Of a DNA stretch of 64,000 nt, positions 34,501-48,780 are shown piece by piece. Both the position numbers and the translations under genes were made by a program. Where the stretch lies: assembly GCF_041956535.1 (NCBI RefSeq), contig NW_027192196.1:142921-206920 (forward strand), in the 5' to 3' direction. Positions within the stretch are counted from its first letter, which is position 1. Every line of letters begins with the position of its first letter. The notes under the pieces were generated by a model. It was not told the DNA's origin, searched no databases, and saw only the letters and a program-made list of their open reading frames with translations. Origin of the DNA: Calcarisporiella thermophila CBS 279.70 (lineage: Eukaryota; Fungi; Calcarisporiellomycota).

Positions 34501-35611
34501 TTTTTTCAGAACTCCGTCTGGGAGTCGGGCGTGTGTCCGGAGGGACTTCTGACTTCTGGGGAACAGTTTTGGATGGCTCCGTCCATGGTAGTTCACGATC
34601 TTTGGGCGCTTGACTGGGTAGAAATGGCTGCGGTTGCTGTTGCTGTTTGGGTTGCGGCGGGGGCGGGCGAGATTGGGTCTGGGGCTGCAATGGTGGTGGA
34701 GGTGTAGGGCCAGCTGTAGTGGATGAGCTGATGTTCTGTGGTTTTATATTCGACACAGGTGCAGAAGAATACTGTGACCCCATGCCGCCATTTGTTTTCA
34801 GGGAGGGTGGGGGAGGGGGAGGCGAGGCAACCATTGTAGGAGGCGGTCGTTCAAGTTGCCGTGCTAGAACGGGCTCTTGCCTCTTAAGAGGAGCTGGGGG
34901 TCCCGGTGCTGGAGCCGAATATGGCAAACTAGTTGGCGAGAGTGCTGGTCGAGAATATGGCTGTGGAGTTGGGGGTGGCGAGCGGCCATTCATAGCACCC
35001 GGGGGAGGCCCCATTCCTTGTGATGGCATTCGCGGTGATGTAGCAGGTGATAAGGACATACCAGGCGGAGGCAGGTGTGGTGAAGAGGGTGAGGGTGCAC
35101 GACCTGGTCCAGGCGGTGCGGGCATTGAATTTGGCGGAAGTCCAGTTGGCGGAAAAGCCCTTGGCGAAATACTTGATGGGGGATGAGCAGAAGGGGCTGA
35201 GCGCATTGGAGGCGGACCAGAGGGAGAAGTGGCACCCCGCGAAAATTGCGGCGGCATGGGCTGTGGAGGCATACGAGGAGGAAGCGATGAAAGAGGTGCA
35301 GGCACTCCACGACCAGATGGAGGCCTTTGCGGAGGTAGGGGGGCTCCCGCTCCTTGTATGTGAGGCGGAGGAGGTCCGCGCATCCCGGATAAAGATGGCG
35401 GTGGAGCTGGGCGACCGGCCATGGCACCAGGCGATGGCATTGGTCTCCCAGCAAGTGATGGGGGACGTGGCGGGCCAGAAGAGTGAGGAGGTGGTCGGAT
35501 GCCAGGAGATGGATATTGTGACAATGGGGGAGGGGGGCGATAGTTTGAAGGCGGTGGACGACCATATCCACCGTTTAAGGGAGGCGGACGATTGGGCGGT
35601 CGTTGGCTCAT
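31521..35611 (-). CDS. EXO84: Exocyst subunit Exo84 with a long Pro-rich N-terminus; multi-exon, 3' end approximate
   Basis: DLQRDVFDNYDEFVIISKEISSLESD (Vps51/Exo84 N-terminal), PH domain RHVIRES...VHLILLSDSLLVA, helical Exo84_C (YIHDLSLVVFTLVKST). Confidence 0.88.
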
Positions 35612-36099
35612 CCTATGGTTTCTCTTCTTCCTGTTCCCGGCCCCAATCCGCTAGAAGATGCAGATCGAGTATATTTCTCCACTTTATGCCAAAAATTTGA
35701 AACCAAAAATAAATTCAATTTGAACCCGTCACAGCTTTTTTACTCCCCTTTTTACCAACGGTTGCAAGCTTGAAATGTTCAGTTTTCCCAGCGGGTTCAC
35801 CAAATCCTTCATATATCGCTGATCCACCCGGACACACGCTCATCTTGTTCAGCCGCCACCGTGTCCAAGTAAAACCTGATGCATACCAGTGATACCTATC
35901 ACTCCTCTAGATTGCTTGCAAACCGGCCCATTTCCATTAATAAAGAAAATCACATATGAAGTTTTTAATATATTTAAGCAAAAATCAGGATCAGGCAATA
36001 TTTCCTGACACCATGCATGTATTCATTTTAAAACTGATTAGGTTAACTTATTAAAACAAGGTGTTCTACGTCGATAGTTGAATAAATTTTTGCAAAAAA

Positions 36100-36172
36100 C
36101 GAGCGTACCAGGGGTCGAACCTGGAATCTCCTGATTCGTAGTCAGGCGCCTTATCCATTTGGCCATACACCC
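36100..36172 (-). tRNA. tRNA-Arg, anticodon ACG
   Basis: GGGTGTATGGCCAAATGGATAAGGCGCCTGACTACGAATCAGGAGATTCCAGGTTCGACCCCTGGTACGCTCG folds as a cloverleaf and is followed by a T6 Pol III terminator. Confidence 0.95.
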
Positions 36173-36304
36173 GCTTACAATTTCATAGAATTTAATAAGC
36201 TATATATATAGAAAAAAATAAAAAGCAGTCACGATTATATAATCACAAATGCCCGTTATTTCCTTCATTTCTTTACTCTTTTCTTATTTTAATATCCATT
36301 AAAT

Positions 36305-36847
36305 ATGAACTTGCATAGTTCTTTCCGCATTTTGCCGCACATTTTACGATCATTACCTTACTCCCGTACATCCCTCCTCAGCCCTCGTTCTCTTTTTCCA
36401 GTGCGCACACCTTCTGTCTGCTCACCCTTATTACGCTCGTTCCACCAGCATTCTTCGGTCTTCCAGAGTAATAATAAATCAATTCCTCCCTCTACCACCA
36501 ATGATGAAGAATCGAAACCAGATCAAGGCCGCTATCTTATCTCCTTCACATGTAAGGTGTGCCACACCCGTACTGCTCACACAATGTCCAAACAGGCATA
36601 TCACAACGGGGTCGTACTGATTCAGTGTCCCTCTTGTCAAAATCGTCACTTGATAGCTGACCACTTGGGTTGGTTCCGGGATGGCAGTACAACGATTGAA
36701 GATTTAATGCGTGAAAGGGGAGAGAATATTAGAAGACATGTAGCCGATGGAACAATGGAATGGGTACCGGAGGTGAGAAGGGACGAGGAGGAAGCGGAGC
36801 AGGCAGCACAAAGGATGAAGTTGGAAGAGGCTAAGAAACAAGAATAG
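36305..36847 (+). CDS. ZIM17: Mitochondrial DNL zinc-finger Hsp70 escort protein (Zim17/Tim15/Hep1)
   Basis: FTCKVCHTR...YHNGVVLIQCPSCQNRHLIADHLGWF plus an Arg/Ser-rich presequence. Confidence 0.93.
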   Translation: MNLHSSFRILPHILRSLPYSRTSLLSPRSLFPVRTPSVCSPLLRSFHQHSSVFQSNNKSIPPSTTNDEESKPDQGRYLISFTCKVCHTRTAHTMSKQAYHNGVVLIQCPSCQNRHLIADHLGWFRDGSTTIEDLMRERGENIRRHVADGTMEWVPEVRRDEEEAEQAAQRMKLEEAKKQE

Positions 36848-37160
36848 AAAGAGGTACATTTATTGTTCTTGCAGAGTAAAATGAGGCACATGAGGATGTA
36901 TTTAACCTCCTTTTCTCGCTTGTAAATTAAAAATAACTACTATAGAATGGGAGATAATAAAAAATTAGCACAGACTTCAATAATATATTCTAATTCGAGC
37001 GGAATTGCTTAATATTTATTGTACTTATATGGGTTACGTAGAATCCCACCCTCTATTTACGGTGAATATTTGGCCCTATAAAAATATTGGAATTCAATAT
37101 TATATTGGAGTATCACTTTAAGAAGTATTGAAATGGGCGCGGAACTATTTTGTATTTAGT

Positions 37161-37210
37161 GCTATTTTTTAATAAGCAGAGTCTACTGTCTTTGCTTATT
37201 AAAAAATAGC
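37161..37210. repeat. Perfect 18-bp inverted repeat with a 14-nt loop between the convergent ZIM17 and RHO3 genes
   Basis: GCTATTTTTTAATAAGCA (37161-37178) and TGCTTATTAAAAAATAGC (37193-37210). Confidence 0.8.
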
Positions 37211-37818
37211 TATAAGCTAAGCTACGTGGCTAGAATGGATATGCTTGGTAGAAAGCTGCCTAAATTCTCGAACTTGAACTGATTACTAAATAAATAAAAA
37301 TTAAATCATTAACCGAAACAATTGAAATATGAACAATGATTAGCCTATCCTCTCGCGAAGTTTTACAGGAATATCGAATAGGTAAATAAAGTAGAATATC
37401 TACCAAAATACAATGAACTGTCGACAGTTTGCTGGCAAATTTCTCAAGGTCAGCCGGAATAGGATCCAACTATTATCCATCTGTATATACTTTGGAGCTT
37501 TTTTTTTCATTTAAGATGTTCCATACAATAAATATCAAGATAGCATATGTGGATTATCTCCCTTAACATATAGGTGGGATAACGACTGAGAAAAAGAAAT
37601 ATCAAGTGGTCAGAAAAGTTGTTTTAAAAGCATAATGATTTACAGGAGGGGTCGCAATGATAAGAGTTAAAGGAAAATTCGAGAGAGGCAATAAGAGATA
37701 GGAGGAGAGGAAACAAGAAACAGAAATTCGTGATAGAAAAAAGAAAAAACAGGAATCAATACTCGACTTTAGTCATTGAACGATGCAGCCACACGTCTTG
37801 GCCATTATATTGGAATCA

Positions 37819-38732
37819 CTAGAGCACGGTACATACACTCTCCTCGTGCACAGCCCGGCCACCTTTCGCTTTAGCTTGAAGCGCCACACGCGAAGCCTGC
37901 TCAAAACATTCGCGTACACCTCGGTTATGCTTTGCGCTACACTCAAGGTAGCGTACTGCGCTTATACTGCGCGCTACCGCCACGCCCTAAAAATTGGAAG
38001 AAATGGGTAAGCCTAACTTGCAACTTCACACTATGACACATCAGGAAAAGTAAGCATTAACTACAACAAAGTTATAGCATCGGGTGTAATAGGACCGGGG
38101 CGGGGCAAAGACCAAAATTAAATATGAATGCCATACCTCTTCATAGGTGACAGGATGATCGCCTAATCTTGCCATATTACGTTTTGTGTTTTCGTCGTCT
38201 CGGAGGTCACACTTGAGAGCTACCAGAACAATTTTAACTCCTGGACATTGCTGTACGATTTCATCCACCCATTTTGTTGCACAATTCTCAAGTGAGTCGC
38301 GATTATCAACTGAAAAGCAAAGCATGATAACATGCGTATCAGCATAGGAGAGTGAGCGTAGGCGGTCGTACTCCTCTTGCCCTATATTTCCGATCCAGAA
38401 ATAAAGTGTTTAGATTCTTTTGGAAAGATGGGGCAAAAAAAAATATTATTAAAATAACCAACCAGCAGTGTCCCACAATGACAGTTCAATGGTTTTACCA
38501 TCAATAGTCATCTCGTGCACATAATTTTCAAACACAGTGGGCTCGTATACCTAATGAACATAACCGATAATATATAAGTGGACATGTATTGACATATAAC
38601 GGACACTTTTCCATCATTTACCTGCGGGAAATACCCCCGTGTGAACACATTTAGTAGGGATGTTTTTCCGCATGCACCATCTCCAATCACCACTAGTTTT
38701 CGATATACTGGTTTAGAGCCTCCACACACCAT
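37819..38732 (-). CDS. RHO3: Rho-family GTPase Rho3; multi-exon
   Basis: MVCGGSK...[56 protein letters not shown], CaaX motif CTVL. Confidence 0.92.
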
Positions 38733-39241
38733 CGCTGAGGGCATAAAATTTCTCAGGAGAAATAAATTAAAGCACTGATAAAATGGAAAATAGCGTGGAG
38801 AAGGGGAAAAAATAGCGTCAAACAGATTGGTCACCAAACGCCCACTTTTGTTTAAACTAGAGTTTTTGCCTACTATTGTTCTCTTTCAAAAGCAAAAAAA
38901 AAAATAAAATAAAATAAAATAGAGGATCTCTTAAGAACTATGGCCTCCCTCCTAAAAAAATGGTCATCGCCACACCAAGAAACTTTGAAATTCCGCTGGT
39001 GACGTCTCCGCTTCTTGAGTTTTTCATTGATTCCTTTAGATAGCTCTCTTAATAGTGGTGTAAAAAGAAAATCAATTCTCCTGTGCTCATTTCCCCCCTC
39101 TACCTTTATCTCATTCTTTGCTGTATTTTATTTCAATATAATCATATCTGATTGCTGGCATATATAAGAAGATAGCGACACATTTTCATTTTTCATTTTT
39201 GTTTTTATGAAATCTATCATCTAGCAGGGCTATTTTAACAG

Positions 39242-40795
39242 ATGAAATCGTCTACCCTTTTTTCTAAATTGGCCGTCTTTCTCAAGAAGCAACGCACCGC
39301 AATAATGAACCCACAATCTGAAGATTCTTCTGATGAATCAGTACCGATCTCCACCTCCAATAACTCGCCCGTGCTCTCTTTTAGAAGCGAGCGCCTTTTT
39401 CGCCCTATTATTGGGGGGCAAGAGGGTGGGGAATTACAACGCCATCGTAGCCTGTTTGGCAGACATAAACGGCTCTATTCATTAAGAAAGAGCTGGAGCT
39501 CTTCAGCAAGAAGTGTCTTCAGAATTGATGAGGGCTATGCTCAGCAGCAAGTCTCTGTAGTCGAAGAACAGCGTATAGGTAATTATTTTTGAACTGTTCT
39601 GCTGATCATAACGAGGGCCTGAGATTTATTCATTATGAACATCCTTTTTCTTTGTCCACTCGTATCTATAGATTTCATGTGTAATCTCCCCTACGAATTG
39701 GTCATTCATATCATGAGTTTCCTTGATTCTCGATCCCTTGCGCGTCTCTCATCGGTTTCCAAAGCTTGGAATCTTATTGCACACGACAACCAAGCCTGGC
39801 GAAGGGCCTATCTACTCAAAGAGAGATGGAGAGTCAATATTCCTGATTGGGTGCCTGCTGGACAGGTTGATTGGAAGCATCTTTTCTCGGAACGGCATAA
39901 GCTTGAGCAAAGATGGCGACGTGGAGACGTCACGATGCGGTATTTTGATGGGCACACCGACAGTGTATACTGCGTGCAATTTGATGAAGAGAAGATTGTG
40001 ACAGGGTCTAGAGATCGGACCATCAAAATATGGGATGCCACGACCATGCGATGTCTGAGGACCCTTGAGGGTCACAAAGCCTCTGTGCTCTGCCTACAAT
40101 ATGATGCACGTTGGATGGCAAGTGGGTCGAGTGACACGACAATTATCCTTTGGAGCATGGTCACGTACGAGCCAATACGTACGTTGTGTGGCCACACAGC
40201 GGGCGTGCTTGATCTATGTTTGGACGAAAATTTGATTGTTAGCTGCTCCAAAGATAGTACCATTAAAGTATGGAGAATTGAAACGGGGCAGCTTTTGCGT
40301 ACCCTTACGGGCCATAGCGGTCCCGTGAACGCAGTACAATTGCGTGGGCGGCAACTTGTCTCTGCATCTGGCGACTGGCTTGTAAAACTTTGGGATGTGG
40401 AAACGGGACAATGTCTACGCAATTATTCAGGACATACGCGCGGCCTTGCCTGCATCCAGTTCGATGGGCGTTATATCGTCAGCGGGTCAAACGATCATAA
40501 GATAAAAGTGTGGGATGTGGCGACGGGACAATGTCTTCGCACTCTCGAGGGCCATACAAACTTAGTCAGGACGATGCATCTCATGGATACCCGCATTGTC
40601 ACGGGGTCTTACGATCAGAGTATCCGGGTGTGGGATTTGACCACAGGCGAATGCCTATTACACTTTCAGAATTGCCACAGCAGTTGGGTGTTTGATGTAC
40701 AGTTTAACGAGACGCGGATTGTAAGTACTAGTCATGACAAAAAAATTCTGGTAATGGATTTTGGAGAGGGGATCGATACACGATATATTGTTTGA
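39242..40795 (+). CDS. F-box/WD40 protein, beta-TrCP/FWD-1/Pof11-like; 1 intron
   Basis: F-box DFMCNLPYELVIHIMSFLD and seven WD40 repeats (GHTDSVYCVQFDEEKIVTGSRDRTIKIWD). Confidence 0.9.
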
Positions 40796-41508
40796 ATTTG
40801 CGTTTTTTTTTTTTCCTTATATTTTGTTGATCTTTTTATAGTTGAAAGTTTTTTTTTCTTATATTGTTTTATTTTTTCTTCATCTCTTTTGCTCTTCGAT
40901 TTACCATATCTTGTTACAGTATATTTTTATCTTTATATATATAAATACATTATATAGTTGGCTTTTTCTCATCTATATAATTTAAATAAGAATTAACATA
41001 TTGAAATGAGAGTCGTGACATTTAGAATTTACCACATCATTGTATTACTCTGATGCCAGATCTCAAATTCAACAGATTTAATATGATTTGTTCGTATCCG
41101 CCTTTTTCAATTCCTTGCATCTATAGAGGAATTGAACTTTGTGGATACTTTTATCTCATCCTCCTAATCTCTATTCCTTGCGAAAATGAAACTAGAAAGT
41201 GAAAATAAAATGGTTTGATCTTTGTCCGGCCTTTACTGTGGGTGTCTAACGTTAAGATGATCACAAAGAATTCGGACAGTTGCTTGACGAGACAATGCCA
41301 AGTGGAAACTATTTAAACAACCTCTGCTTCTGCGCCTCGTTTGATAGAAAAGGCAAACCCGCGAAATGGAGCATATTAAATTGACTTGAATGTTATTGTA
41401 AAACCCAATAAAAAACACATACACACCAGAGTATATACATTAAAAATAAAAAACATAAAGAAAAAAGTATTTAAAAAAAGGGTTGCGTTGCTTTCCGACC
41501 ATTAAGCT

Positions 41509-43762
41509 CTACTCTTTCCATTCTGAACACTTTTCACGAAGTGGCTGTGCTCTTCTCTGCCTTCTCTCCCGAAATACCTGGTATATCCTCGTTTTGGCAG
41601 CCTCTTCACCTTCTCTACTGCTGCTGGCACTAAATGTTGCCGGGGTTAAAGCGGCGGGGAGAGGTGGGCGGCGACCATCGCCTTCAGCTGGGGATTCCTT
41701 GGTCCGCTTGCGTGACGCAGGTGAGGGGGCGGCCGACGATTTAGGTGGAGGCGTAGAATCGAGGGAGTGCGATTTGATCTGCTCCCCTGGTTCAGTTATC
41801 TCCTGTTTGATGGATGTAGCCCTGGCTGCAATGGGGACTCCGGAATCTGGAGATGAAGTCGGGGTTGATATTGAAGCAGAACTTGAAGTTGGAGAATGCG
41901 CGGCGGATCGAACTCGAGCTCTCCAGTCCTCCATAGGGCGCATTTCTCTCTCCAGGGTGGGCAGAGTGCGCTCTCTAAGTCGCTCGAGACCGCGTCGCTG
42001 AAGAAACTCGTCAAAGCTATCAGATGGGCCTGGTGCAGAAGAAGCTACTACTGTAGGTTTTTTAGCCAGACTTGATGGACCCGATGGAGTAGTGCTGGGT
42101 GTGTTACGATTCGCTTTGGGGGTTATTTCGCCTTCACTCTCTTCGGATTTTACCTCCACTGTAACTCTCGGGTTGGGATTTTCCGCCTGTCTCCTTGCCT
42201 CTCTAAGAGCGAATGCCAATCTAGCAATTAGAAGGTCCCGTTTTTGCACTGCCTTCTCAAGTTTTCTCAGATTTTCTCTCATCTCCTTTTTACCTCCGTT
42301 GCCTACGCCGGCCGACATCGCCGAAGAGATCGACGATGACGAAGCAAAGGAAGACGGACGTCTAAATGTCGAATCTCGTAGCAGCAGCAACGCATCATCA
42401 AGCGGATCATTACCGGCGCCTTCAATGTCACTGATGGATACCTCTCGTAAAGCGTGAAGCAACTGATCAAGCAGAGACTCCCAGCACACTTGGTTTGAGA
42501 ACAAAGGTTTTTGTCTCGGGGGTGTATTTCGTTGCAGTGGTACCGAGTTATGTTCTTTCCAACCTTTGGATATCTCCACTTGGTGCTCAATGATGAATTC
42601 CCATGTAGGTGTTAGTCGTTTGTTTGCCTCTGCCTGTGCCCGCGCAGCTACAGCATAGCTGCTCTGGCCTTGTTGAGTGCTCGTGGAAGACGGGATCGCG
42701 GAGGGTGGGGGAGTAAGCACTGGAGAGAAGCAGATTGCTAGAGCTTGAGGGGTCATCTTATTTTCCTCTCCCAAGGCACAAATTTCCCCGAAAAACTCGA
42801 CAAGATATCCGAGTAAATCTAGGTGCGCAGGTGGGAGCAGCTTCCCTAACAGCACTATTGCCATTAACTTGGCTTCTTCTGGCATCTCGGAGGTGGAAAG
42901 ACCAGCAAGCATATCGTAAAATTCGTGAGGAATTAAAGGGGTCGGTAGTGATGATATGTAGTGTTTGAGGAGAGCTGCAAGATTGTGCGGGTCTTCATCC
43001 GAGAGGTCATGAATACGGCCATAGGCTTTGGTGGGATCATCGTATATGGTCTTTAGATGGGCGACACGAGAAATAGATCCCGATAGCCTAAATATCCCTT
43101 GTGTATTTAAGGCTTATTTGAAGTAAATTAATTCTCAGTTCACAACGCACACTCGTAAATAGTCTAAAATTCGAATGATTACCTTTGGTCTGCTTCAGAC
43201 ACTTTACACACGCGTCAACCACTACGGGTATTCTTCTATTTCCTTCGACCTCCACGCCCGCATATTCCAACGATGCCACCAAATGGATTCCAAACACTCC
43301 GCGGCCAAACGGGAACGGCTCTGGCCCAACATCAAAATCATACCTCCTCTCGCCTTTTCCTTTCATTTTCTTCCCATTTCGTTGTCTTCCAAGGTTGCCT
43401 CCCAAGCGCCGTAACATGCGTCTCCCCCATGGTTTATCACGCGAATTTTGAGTAAAAGTGCGAGTAAGGGGGAGCAATCCGTAGGTAACAAGGAGGCCAT
43501 TTAGCTGGGATAAAGGCTCTTCTGGCAGTGCTACATTATCTGTCTCGTCTTCTTCAAGATCGTCATCAGATTTATCAGAGGACTCATCCGCGGATGAAGT
43601 CGAGTCCAAATTCTGGGAATTGGATTTAGCTTGCTGAGAAGGCGCAGAAAAAGGTTGAAACCACCGCCAGGAAGGATTTGACGAAGTGGGAGTGGTAGAA
43701 AGAACGGTTGGGATTGGCTGCGCTGTCTGGCGGTAACGACTTCTACTCCTAAGAAGGTGCAT
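41509..43762 (-). CDS. RhoGAP-domain protein with a coiled-coil/low-complexity tail; 1 intron near 43088-43184
   Basis: VFGIHL...IPVVVDACV, GIFRLSGS-like motif at the splice junction, NKMTPQALAICFSPVL. Confidence 0.82.
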
Positions 43763-44102
43763 TGGTTGCCCTGATTGTGCTAAACTTACTGGAGAATGAC
43801 ACGTTAAATCTAGGCAGCGAATAGGAAATGTCTATTCTCTATTTCAGTTATAAAAATAACTGAATGAAGCAGGGTGAATAGAGAAACAACGAAACACGAG
43901 AGTGCGCGGAACGTCAAAATGATATAAACAAAGGAGAAAGAAACGGTTTGCCCTAAAACACGTAAAGAATATAAAAAAAAATGGAAAAAGTCGTGTTTCA
44001 AGACTTGAGGCGCAGTCAATCAATCTCCAATTTTGTACGCGTTAAAAAAACAAATAATCGCGTCCCAAATAGACACTATATCGTTCTCATAGATTGCCCA
44101 TT

Positions 44103-47100
44103 ATGTACATAGAAGAACTCATCATTGAGGGCTTCAAGTCATATGCGGTGCGCACACACATTACAGGATGGGACCCTTCTTTTAATGCCATCACAGGGCT
44201 GAATGGATCCGGAAAATCGAACATACTTGATGCCATCTGTTTCGTATTAGGGATTACCAATTTATCACATGTAATTCTTAAGTCTTTATTGCTCATTTCA
44301 TTATTCTTCTCCATTTCCTTTAGTGTGATGTCATAGCTTTTTGCCATTCATCTATGCTGTTTACTCCTTATTTAGCATCGAATATTAATTTTTTTTATTT
44401 ATAGGTGCGAGCGTCAAATCTTCAGGATCTAATATACAAGCGTGGTCAAGCAGGAGTCAGTAAAGCCTCTGTGACCATTGTATTCAATAACGATGATCGA
44501 AGTAAGAGTCCTGTTGGATTTGAGCAATATAAACAAATCACAGTTACAAGACAGGTACATCTCCCTCATATATTGAATCGCTAGATTCCAATGATTCAAT
44601 CTTTTAATCCCCATTATAATTAAGATTCTCATCGGCGGTCGCTGTAAATATATCGTTAATGGACACAATGCTCAGCAACAAGTCGTGCAAAATCTCTTCC
44701 AATCGGTGCAGCTTAATATCAACAATCCCCACTTTCTAATCATGCAGGGGCGCATCACTAAAGTTCTCAACATGAAACCACCGGAAATTCTGGGTATGAT
44801 TGAGGAAGCTGCGGGAACAAAAATGTTTGAGGATAGAAAAAATAAAGCATTTGCAACTATGGCGAAAAAGGAGAAAAAAGTAGACGAAATTAACTCGGTA
44901 TGACTTTACGATTGTATACATTTGTTTTCATAAGTGGTATTGATTTTTCTCCATTAGATTCTCACTGAAGAAATTGGGCCGAAGTTAGATAGGCTACGAG
45001 AGGAAAAGCGTGAATATCTCGATTATCAAAAGACTGAGAGCGAGATGGAACGATTAACGCGAATGGCAGTGGCCTACGAGTACAAGAAGAACGAAGTAAT
45101 GACCTATTAAATTTATCCTGCATTGCTAGCTATATTTATTGTTGTAAATTTCCGGCAACAGGAAAAACTCAGTCGATCTGGTGCTGACTTTGAGGAGAAA
45201 AAAGAGCGCATTAAAGACTTGAAACGAGGGGTGGATCAGCTTCAGAGTGAGATAGTAAATATCGACAAAGAAATTAAAAGGATTAGTTTACGCAGAGAGA
45301 AGGTTGGGTTTATTTGGTCGAAATGAAGATAGTGCATGTGTGTTAATATTTTATATTTAGGAAATGGCTAACGGGGGTAAGCTCCAAGGGCTTGAGGATA
45401 ATGCAAAGGAATTTTCCAAAGAGCTTGTTCGGATCAAAACGCAATGCGATTTGAAGGCTGGTACTATTGCAGATGAGATTAAGAACAAGGACACATTAAT
45501 AGCTGCGCGCAAAGAGGTAATAACTACATCTGCCAGTTCTATGAGTATACTATTTATCAAAATACGATACTTTTAGATGGAGCAAGCTCTGAAGGAGAAA
45601 AAGAAACAATTTACCGTTCAGCAACAAAAGTACAATTCACTCAAGAGTACCCACGATCAAAAGGCTGCCGATCTGCGTAAATCTGAGGAATTACTTCAGA
45701 CACTGACTACCGGTGTATCTGGAAAAGAAGGACACGAGAGCGGATATATGGAACAACTGCAAGGTTTGTAATGCTTAAATTTCTCCACGTTTTGAAAGTG
45801 TTAATTTTATTTCTAAAAAAATCAACAGAGGCGAGAAATGAGGCTAGTCATGCTCAAACCGAGATAGAACAGGCCAAGCTAATGATAAGTCATTTAAAGC
45901 GCGAATTAAAAGAGAAGGAGCCGCAAGCGATAAAGGCGACAAAGGAAAATAAAGGATTACTAGAGGATTTGGAACGTGCAAAACGAGTAGTGGAAGAGAT
46001 GAAGGTAGGATGGATACTCAAGTTTATTATAACATATTTTGAAAAACGGCTATTAATTGTTTAGAAAAAACTGAGCAAAATCTCCTGGGAACCATCACAG
46101 GAGGAGGACTTGCTAAAGCGTAAAACTGCAGAGCAACAGGCAATTTCAGAGCTTTCGCAGGTATTATAATCACCCTTGTTAGAAACTCTCTTTAATGGAC
46201 ACTTAGATGTACTTTTTTTTAAAATGAAGAAATATGAAAAGGCCAACGCACAACTTTCTAATTTGGAATTCGTCTACTCCGACCCGACACCCAACTTTGA
46301 TCGCCGCAAAGTTAAGGGATTAGTGGCACAACTTATTTCGATCGACAAGCAGAACGAAGAGAGCTCAACCGCGCTCGAGATCTCTGCAGGTGGACGCCTG
46401 TATAATGTGGTCGTCGAAAACGAGGTGGTTGGCTCTCAACTTCTCGAGCACGGGAAACTCAGACGACGTGTTACCATTATTCCGCTCAACAAGATCTCTT
46501 CCTTCCGTGCATCCGCTGAAAAGGTTGCAACCGTCAAGCGACTAGCTCCCGGGAAAGCCGACCTTGCGCTTCATCTTATTGGCTATGATAAGGAAGTCGA
46601 GGCGGCTATGGAATTCGTCTTTGGAAACGTGTTGATTTGTCGAGACGCCTCCACCGCGAAGCAGCTCACTTTTAACAAAGAGGTGAGGATGAAAAGCGTG
46701 ACGTTGGACGGAGATGTGTACGACCCCTCCGGCACTCTGCAGGGTGGCTCGAGGCCAAGCTCTTCAGGACTGCTGCTCAAGGTGCAGGCGCTGAGACAAA
46801 TTCGTGAAGAGCTTGACTCCCACCGGAGAGTGCTTGATGAGGTACAACGCGAGCTGGAAGCCTCGCAGGCGATTCGAATGGAGTACCACCGAGTGAAGAA
46901 GGAGGTAGATTTGAAAGTGCATGAAGTGAGCTTACTTGAGGCCAGATTGAGTAAAAGCTCGCATGCACAATTTGCGCAGCAAGTGGAGGAAATTCGTGCC
47001 GGGATAGCTGAACAAGAAGAGTTAATTGTCGATGCACAGAAGCGTGGAGAGGAAGCGAACAAGCGATGTAAAGCAATTGAGAAGGAGATGAAGGATTTCA

Positions 47101-48780
47101 AGAACAATAAGGATTCCAAGCTCAAAGAGCTACAGGTTTTATTTTTCAGATGACGCCGATGCCACCTGTGGTATATGCTAACGCGATACACCTTGTTATT
47201 TGTAGAAAAAAGTTAAAGCGACAAAACTTGAACTACAAAACGAAGCTCAACAAGTCAAGGATCTGCAACGAGATTTCCAAACACTTGAGCTTGAAGTTGG
47301 TATGTGTGTGAGGGCATTTTTGATGTCTGAGTGAGTTCTTATGTTAATTTTTCTTTATCTGACAGAGCAATTGGAAAAGGATTTGGAGCTAACCGGAACA
47401 GAAATCGAAAATGCTCAAGCTCAAATCGACCAGTACCAGCGAGAGGAGGCAGAAATGAAGATTAATATAAACGAGATCAAAGTGAGATTTTGCGCTAACA
47501 CCATAACCTATTTCTGGAGTTGACTCATCCTATTTCCGTCTAGCAAAAATATGATGAAGCTTTGGCCCGACTGCAAAGCGAACGCGAGAAACTCACGGCC
47601 TTTGATGAGGAGCTCCGCGAGCTCGAGGCCACTGCAAAGCACAAGCACGCGGAGCTCACCGACTCTCAACTGGAAATCCAAAAGATCACTCATGAGCTAG
47701 AGCGGTTTCAGAAAGATCGCACCCAAGCGCAACAGGAAATACAACAGATGGAGCGTCAATATGATTGGATTGTCGACCAAAAGCAGCATTTCGGCCAGCC
47801 AGGAACTCCGTACGATTTCCGACATGTAGACATTGGGGGGTGCTATAAAATGCTGAAACAGCTGGAGGAGAAATACGACAGTATGCGCAAGAAAATCAAC
47901 GTCAAGGTCATGAATATGATTGATAAGTATGTGGCCTGGAATATGTGTATGAATTCTTTGTGAACACTAACCGGATCTCTTATTTTTCCAGCGTGGAAAA
48001 AAAGGAGAGTTCCTTGAAGCAAATGCTGGCCACAGTACAAAAAGATAAGAAAAAAATCGAAGACACAATTGCATCTCTAGAGGATTACAAGAAAGAGGCT
48101 TTAGAACGAACCTGGGAGAAAGTGAACGCGTAAGTTTCTTGATGTCAAATGCCATCATCAGCATTGCTTTAATCAATTCGTTTTGACATTTGTGTTTGTT
48201 TTCAGAGATTTTGGTGCCATTTTCGGCGATTTACTCCCAGGAAACTCTGCTAAGCTACAACCACCCGAGGGACAAACGCTGCTGGAGGGACTGGAGGTTA
48301 AAGTGTGTCTAGGCGGGGTGTGGAAGCAGAGTTTAACCGAACTAAGTGGTGGCCAAAGGTAAAAAACAACGGACTGGAGCCCGACATGATATGCCAATAT
48401 GCTAAACTCGTCACACCCCTTTCTCTAGATCCTTGATTGCCCTATCACTGATTCTCTCACTTCTCCAGTTCAAGCCGGCGCCTATGTATGTGCTTGATGA
48501 GGTGGATGCCGCCCTTGATCTCTCCCACACGCAGAACATCGGCAATCTGCTGCGCACTCGGTTTAGGGGTTCCCAGTTTATCGTGGTGTCACTCAAAGAT
48601 GGGATGTTCAACAATGCAAACGTACTCTTCCGAACCCGATTCAGAGACGGGACTTCAGTCGTAGAAAGAATTGCGCAAAGGCAGGTCGAGCGAATTGCAG
48701 CCGGTGTAGGAAAAGAGAATCTGGACGGGAACCGGGTCACGAAGGGAAAGATGTCCAAACGTATTCGTACCCAAGCATGA
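44103..48780 (+). CDS. SMC2: Condensin subunit SMC2; intron-rich
   Basis: [45 protein letters not shown], hinge domain, [19 protein letters not shown]. Confidence 0.97.

Noticed and set aside
37776-37818. Second CaaX-like ending (KTCGCIVQ-stop) just after the RHO3 stop
   Set aside because: It is in a different frame and no plausible splice donor gives the needed phase; probably chance.
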